This document shows positions 61,724-64,000 of a stretch of DNA of 64,000 nucleotides, one piece after another. A program made the translations under genes and the position numbers. Source of the stretch: Anthoceros angustus (Eukaryota > Plantae > Anthocerotophyta). The DNA lies in contig MU008180.1 in NCBI GenBank assembly GCA_010909165.1, positions 185,884-249,883 on the forward strand. The letters are read 5' to 3'. Each line of letters opens with the position of its first letter. Positions within the stretch are counted from its first letter, which is position 1. The notes below the pieces were generated by a model that was given only the letters and a program-made list of their open reading frames with translations, was not told where the DNA came from and did no database searches.

Positions 61724-64000
61724 TTAGTGGCGATCTCCACACGAGCACGACCCCTGTACAAAACGATGCACAGAATGTGCATCTCTAACCGTGATCTCTC
61801 GCTTTTCAACACGTGACAAAACCTTCGTGCTACTATGACAGTCACTACACATGAGGAGATTCTTTGTGACCAGCAACGGTGTGCCGTCGGGTGTATTGAG
61901 TAGACCATAAGCCAAGGCTAGCTTCTCAGCATGCCCACACAGGGCATCTTCCTTCTCCTTTTCTGATACTGCCTTCAGTACTAACTCTGTTCGAGGAGTA
62001 TGTCCTTCCTCTTTCAACCTCAAATTCACGCTCGTCAGTTTGGAAGAGAGGTCATCCCTCTTTTCCCCTACTGTGAACTCGTGCACCTTGTTCCTCACTT
62101 CAATGGTTGCCTTTGCTGGCTTCTTCTTAGCCCCTGCGGACTTCCTCAGGTTTTCTAGTCTCTCCACCTCTCCCCATCGGCCACAATTTGCATACATACT
62201 AGCCAACATTACATATGCAGCTGCATTTTCAGGTTCCACAGATATCACACGACCAAAACATCTGCCTGCACGCTCAATGTCACCATGGCTTTTGCAGGCA
62301 CTCAGCAAAGATGTCCATCCTACTATAGCCCTCTCGCAAGGCAGGGTCTGCAGAATTTTCTCGGCTTCATCCAGACGGCCTGAGCGCCCAAGAAGATCCA
62401 CCATGCAATGGTAGTGGTCCAATTCGGGCGTGATGCCATGCTCCTCCTCCATTTTCGCAAAATACTGCTGTCCCTCAACTACCAGGCCCTCGCGACTGCA
62501 GGCTACTAGAAGGCAAATGAAAGTAGCCTTGTTGGGCTCCACCCCATGCTGTTGCATCTCTTGGAAACACCTCACTGCTTTGCTGCCATCGTTACACTGG
62601 CCGTAGCCATTGATCATGGCATTCCATGTGACCACATCCCTTTTTGGCATCCTGTCAAAAACCTCACGAGCATCCTCCAAACTCCCACATTTCGCATACA
62701 TATCTACAAGGCAGTTGGAGACAACCACATGACCTTCCAGGCAGCTTTCCTTTACCTGTGCATGCAGTTGCTTTCCCTGCTGCAAAGCTCCAACTGTTGC
62801 ACAAGCTTTTAAGAGGCAGGTAAGGGTAAAGTGATCAGCCGGTGTCATGCCCTCCTGTTGCATCCTTGTATGAAGGGCGAGGGCTTCTCGACCCAGCCCT
62901 TGCTGGACATAGCCGTTGATCATGCTTGTCCATGTCAGCACGTCTCTGGTCGGCATTTCATTAAAAACTTGTAGAGCATCATCTATGCTTCCGCATTTTG
63001 CATACATGTTGATGAGGCAGTTACCAACCACCAGACCAGGTTCAAAGCCACTGTCCTTAATCTGTGCATGGATTAGCTTCCCCTGAACCAAATCCCCTAC
63101 GCTGCCACATGCTTTGAGGAGGCAAGCAAATGTGAACTGATTGGCTGAGATAACGCCTTCATCTCCCATTCTTGCATATACAGCAAGGGCTTCCTGATCC
63201 AGTCCTTCCTGTACGTAGCCGTTGATCATGGCAGTCCATGTCACCACATTCTTTGAAGGCAATCTATCAAAAATTCTACGAGCTTCCTCTAAGCTCCCAC
63301 ATTTAGCAAACATGTCTACCAGACAGCTGCCAACAAGTACATCAGCCTCAAGTCCCAGTTTCTGAATTCGCGCATGAAGTTGCTTTCCTTGCTGCAAAGC
63401 TCTGACGCTGCCACATGCTTTCAAGAGACACACAAATGTGGCTTGCTCAGCTGGGCTTATGCCCTGCTGCTCCATGCTGGCGTACAGAGCAAGCGCTTTC
63501 TTACTCAGTCCTTGTCGAACATATCCATTTATCATGACATTCCATGTCACTACAGTTCTTGAGGGCATCCCATCGAATACTCGGCGAGCATCTTGTAGGC
63601 TCCCACATTTAGCATACATATCGACGAGACAGCTCCAAACGTACTCATCGGGCTCCTCTTCACCGTTCAGAATGTCATTATGCACCTCCTTGCCTGAGGC
63701 CAAATCTACTGCAGCGACGCATGCTTTAAGGACTGCCAAAAATATCCGGTTATCTGCCTTCCCATTTGCCTTCCGCATAAGCCTATAGAGCTTGATTGCC
63801 TGTTTCGGCTGTCCGTGCCTAGCATGCGCAAAAATCATGGACGCCCACATTTGGTTGCTTGGCTGAGACACCTTGGAGAAAACCTGCACCGCTTCCGCCA
63901 ACCTGCCATGAGAAGCATACATGCATATAACATGGTTGGCCAAGAACGCGTTTGACTCGTAGCCGCATTTCACAAGAAGGGCGTGGACTCGGCTGCCAAC
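61724..64000 (-). CDS. PLS-PPR with a DYW:KP-type domain ending in DRH (candidate U-to-C editing factor); 5' end outside the window
   Basis: PLS repeats, then KKKPAKATIEV..KVHEFTVG, HAEKLALAYGLLNTPDGTPLLVTKNLLMCSDCH and the terminus GSCSCGDRH*. The frame stays open to the window end. Confidence 0.93.
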   Translation of the reverse strand, partial: VGSRVHALLVKCGYESNAFLANHVICMYASHGRLAEAVQVFSKVSQPSNQMWASMIFAHARHGQPKQAIKLYRLMRKANGKADNRIFLAVLKACVAAVDLASGKEVHNDILNGEEEPDEYVWSCLVDMYAKCGSLQDARRVFDGMPSRTVVTWNVMINGYVRQGLSKKALALYASMEQQGISPAEQATFVCLLKACGSVRALQQGKQLHARIQKLGLEADVLVGSCLVDMFAKCGSLEEARRIFDRLPSKNVVTWTAMINGYVQEGLDQEALAVYARMGDEGVISANQFTFACLLKACGSVGDLVQGKLIHAQIKDSGFEPGLVVGNCLINMYAKCGSIDDALQVFNEMPTRDVLTWTSMINGYVQQGLGREALALHTRMQQEGMTPADHFTLTCLLKACATVGALQQGKQLHAQVKESCLEGHVVVSNCLVDMYAKCGSLEDAREVFDRMPKRDVVTWNAMINGYGQCNDGSKAVRCFQEMQQHGVEPNKATFICLLVACSREGLVVEGQQYFAKMEEEHGITPELDHYHCMVDLLGRSGRLDEAEKILQTLPCERAIVGWTSLLSACKSHGDIERAGRCFGRVISVEPENAAAYVMLASMYANCGRWGEVERLENLRKSAGAKKKPAKATIEVRNKVHEFTVGEKRDDLSSKLTSVNLRLKEEGHTPRTELVLKAVSEKEKEDALCGHAEKLALAYGLLNTPDGTPLLVTKNLLMCSDCHSSTKVLSRVEKREITVRDAHSVHRFVQGSCSCGDRH

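Overview
Land-plant nuclear DNA. Compact genes, many introns of about 70-130 bp, several PLS-class PPR genes and a DYW:KP domain ending in DRH suggest a seed-free plant, most likely a hornwort (inference). Bases 1-23.6 kb are repeats: a minus-strand Ty3/gypsy LTR retrotransposon (tRNA-Asp PBS, gag-PR-RT-RH-INT, shuffled by tandem duplications), accessory-ORF regions of two related element families, and a nearly T-free G-rich minisatellite. From 23.6 to 48 kb is a dense gene block: a PPR pseudogene, NFU, TDT, dUTPase, HSCB, a short Treslin/Sld3-like gene, TFIIIC90 with an inserted Agenet pair, and a CBSX5-like gene. The 48-55 kb interval is intergenic with element remnants, and 55-64 kb holds two RNA-editing-type PPR genes. 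The top candidate novelty is a five-exon model fusing two OSB-type PDF ssDNA-binding motifs in frame to a PLS-PPR-E protein (about 1174 aa). It lies next to an orphan PDF fragment and a candidate U-to-C DYW:KP editing factor. All calls come from motif recognition by eye; no searches were run.
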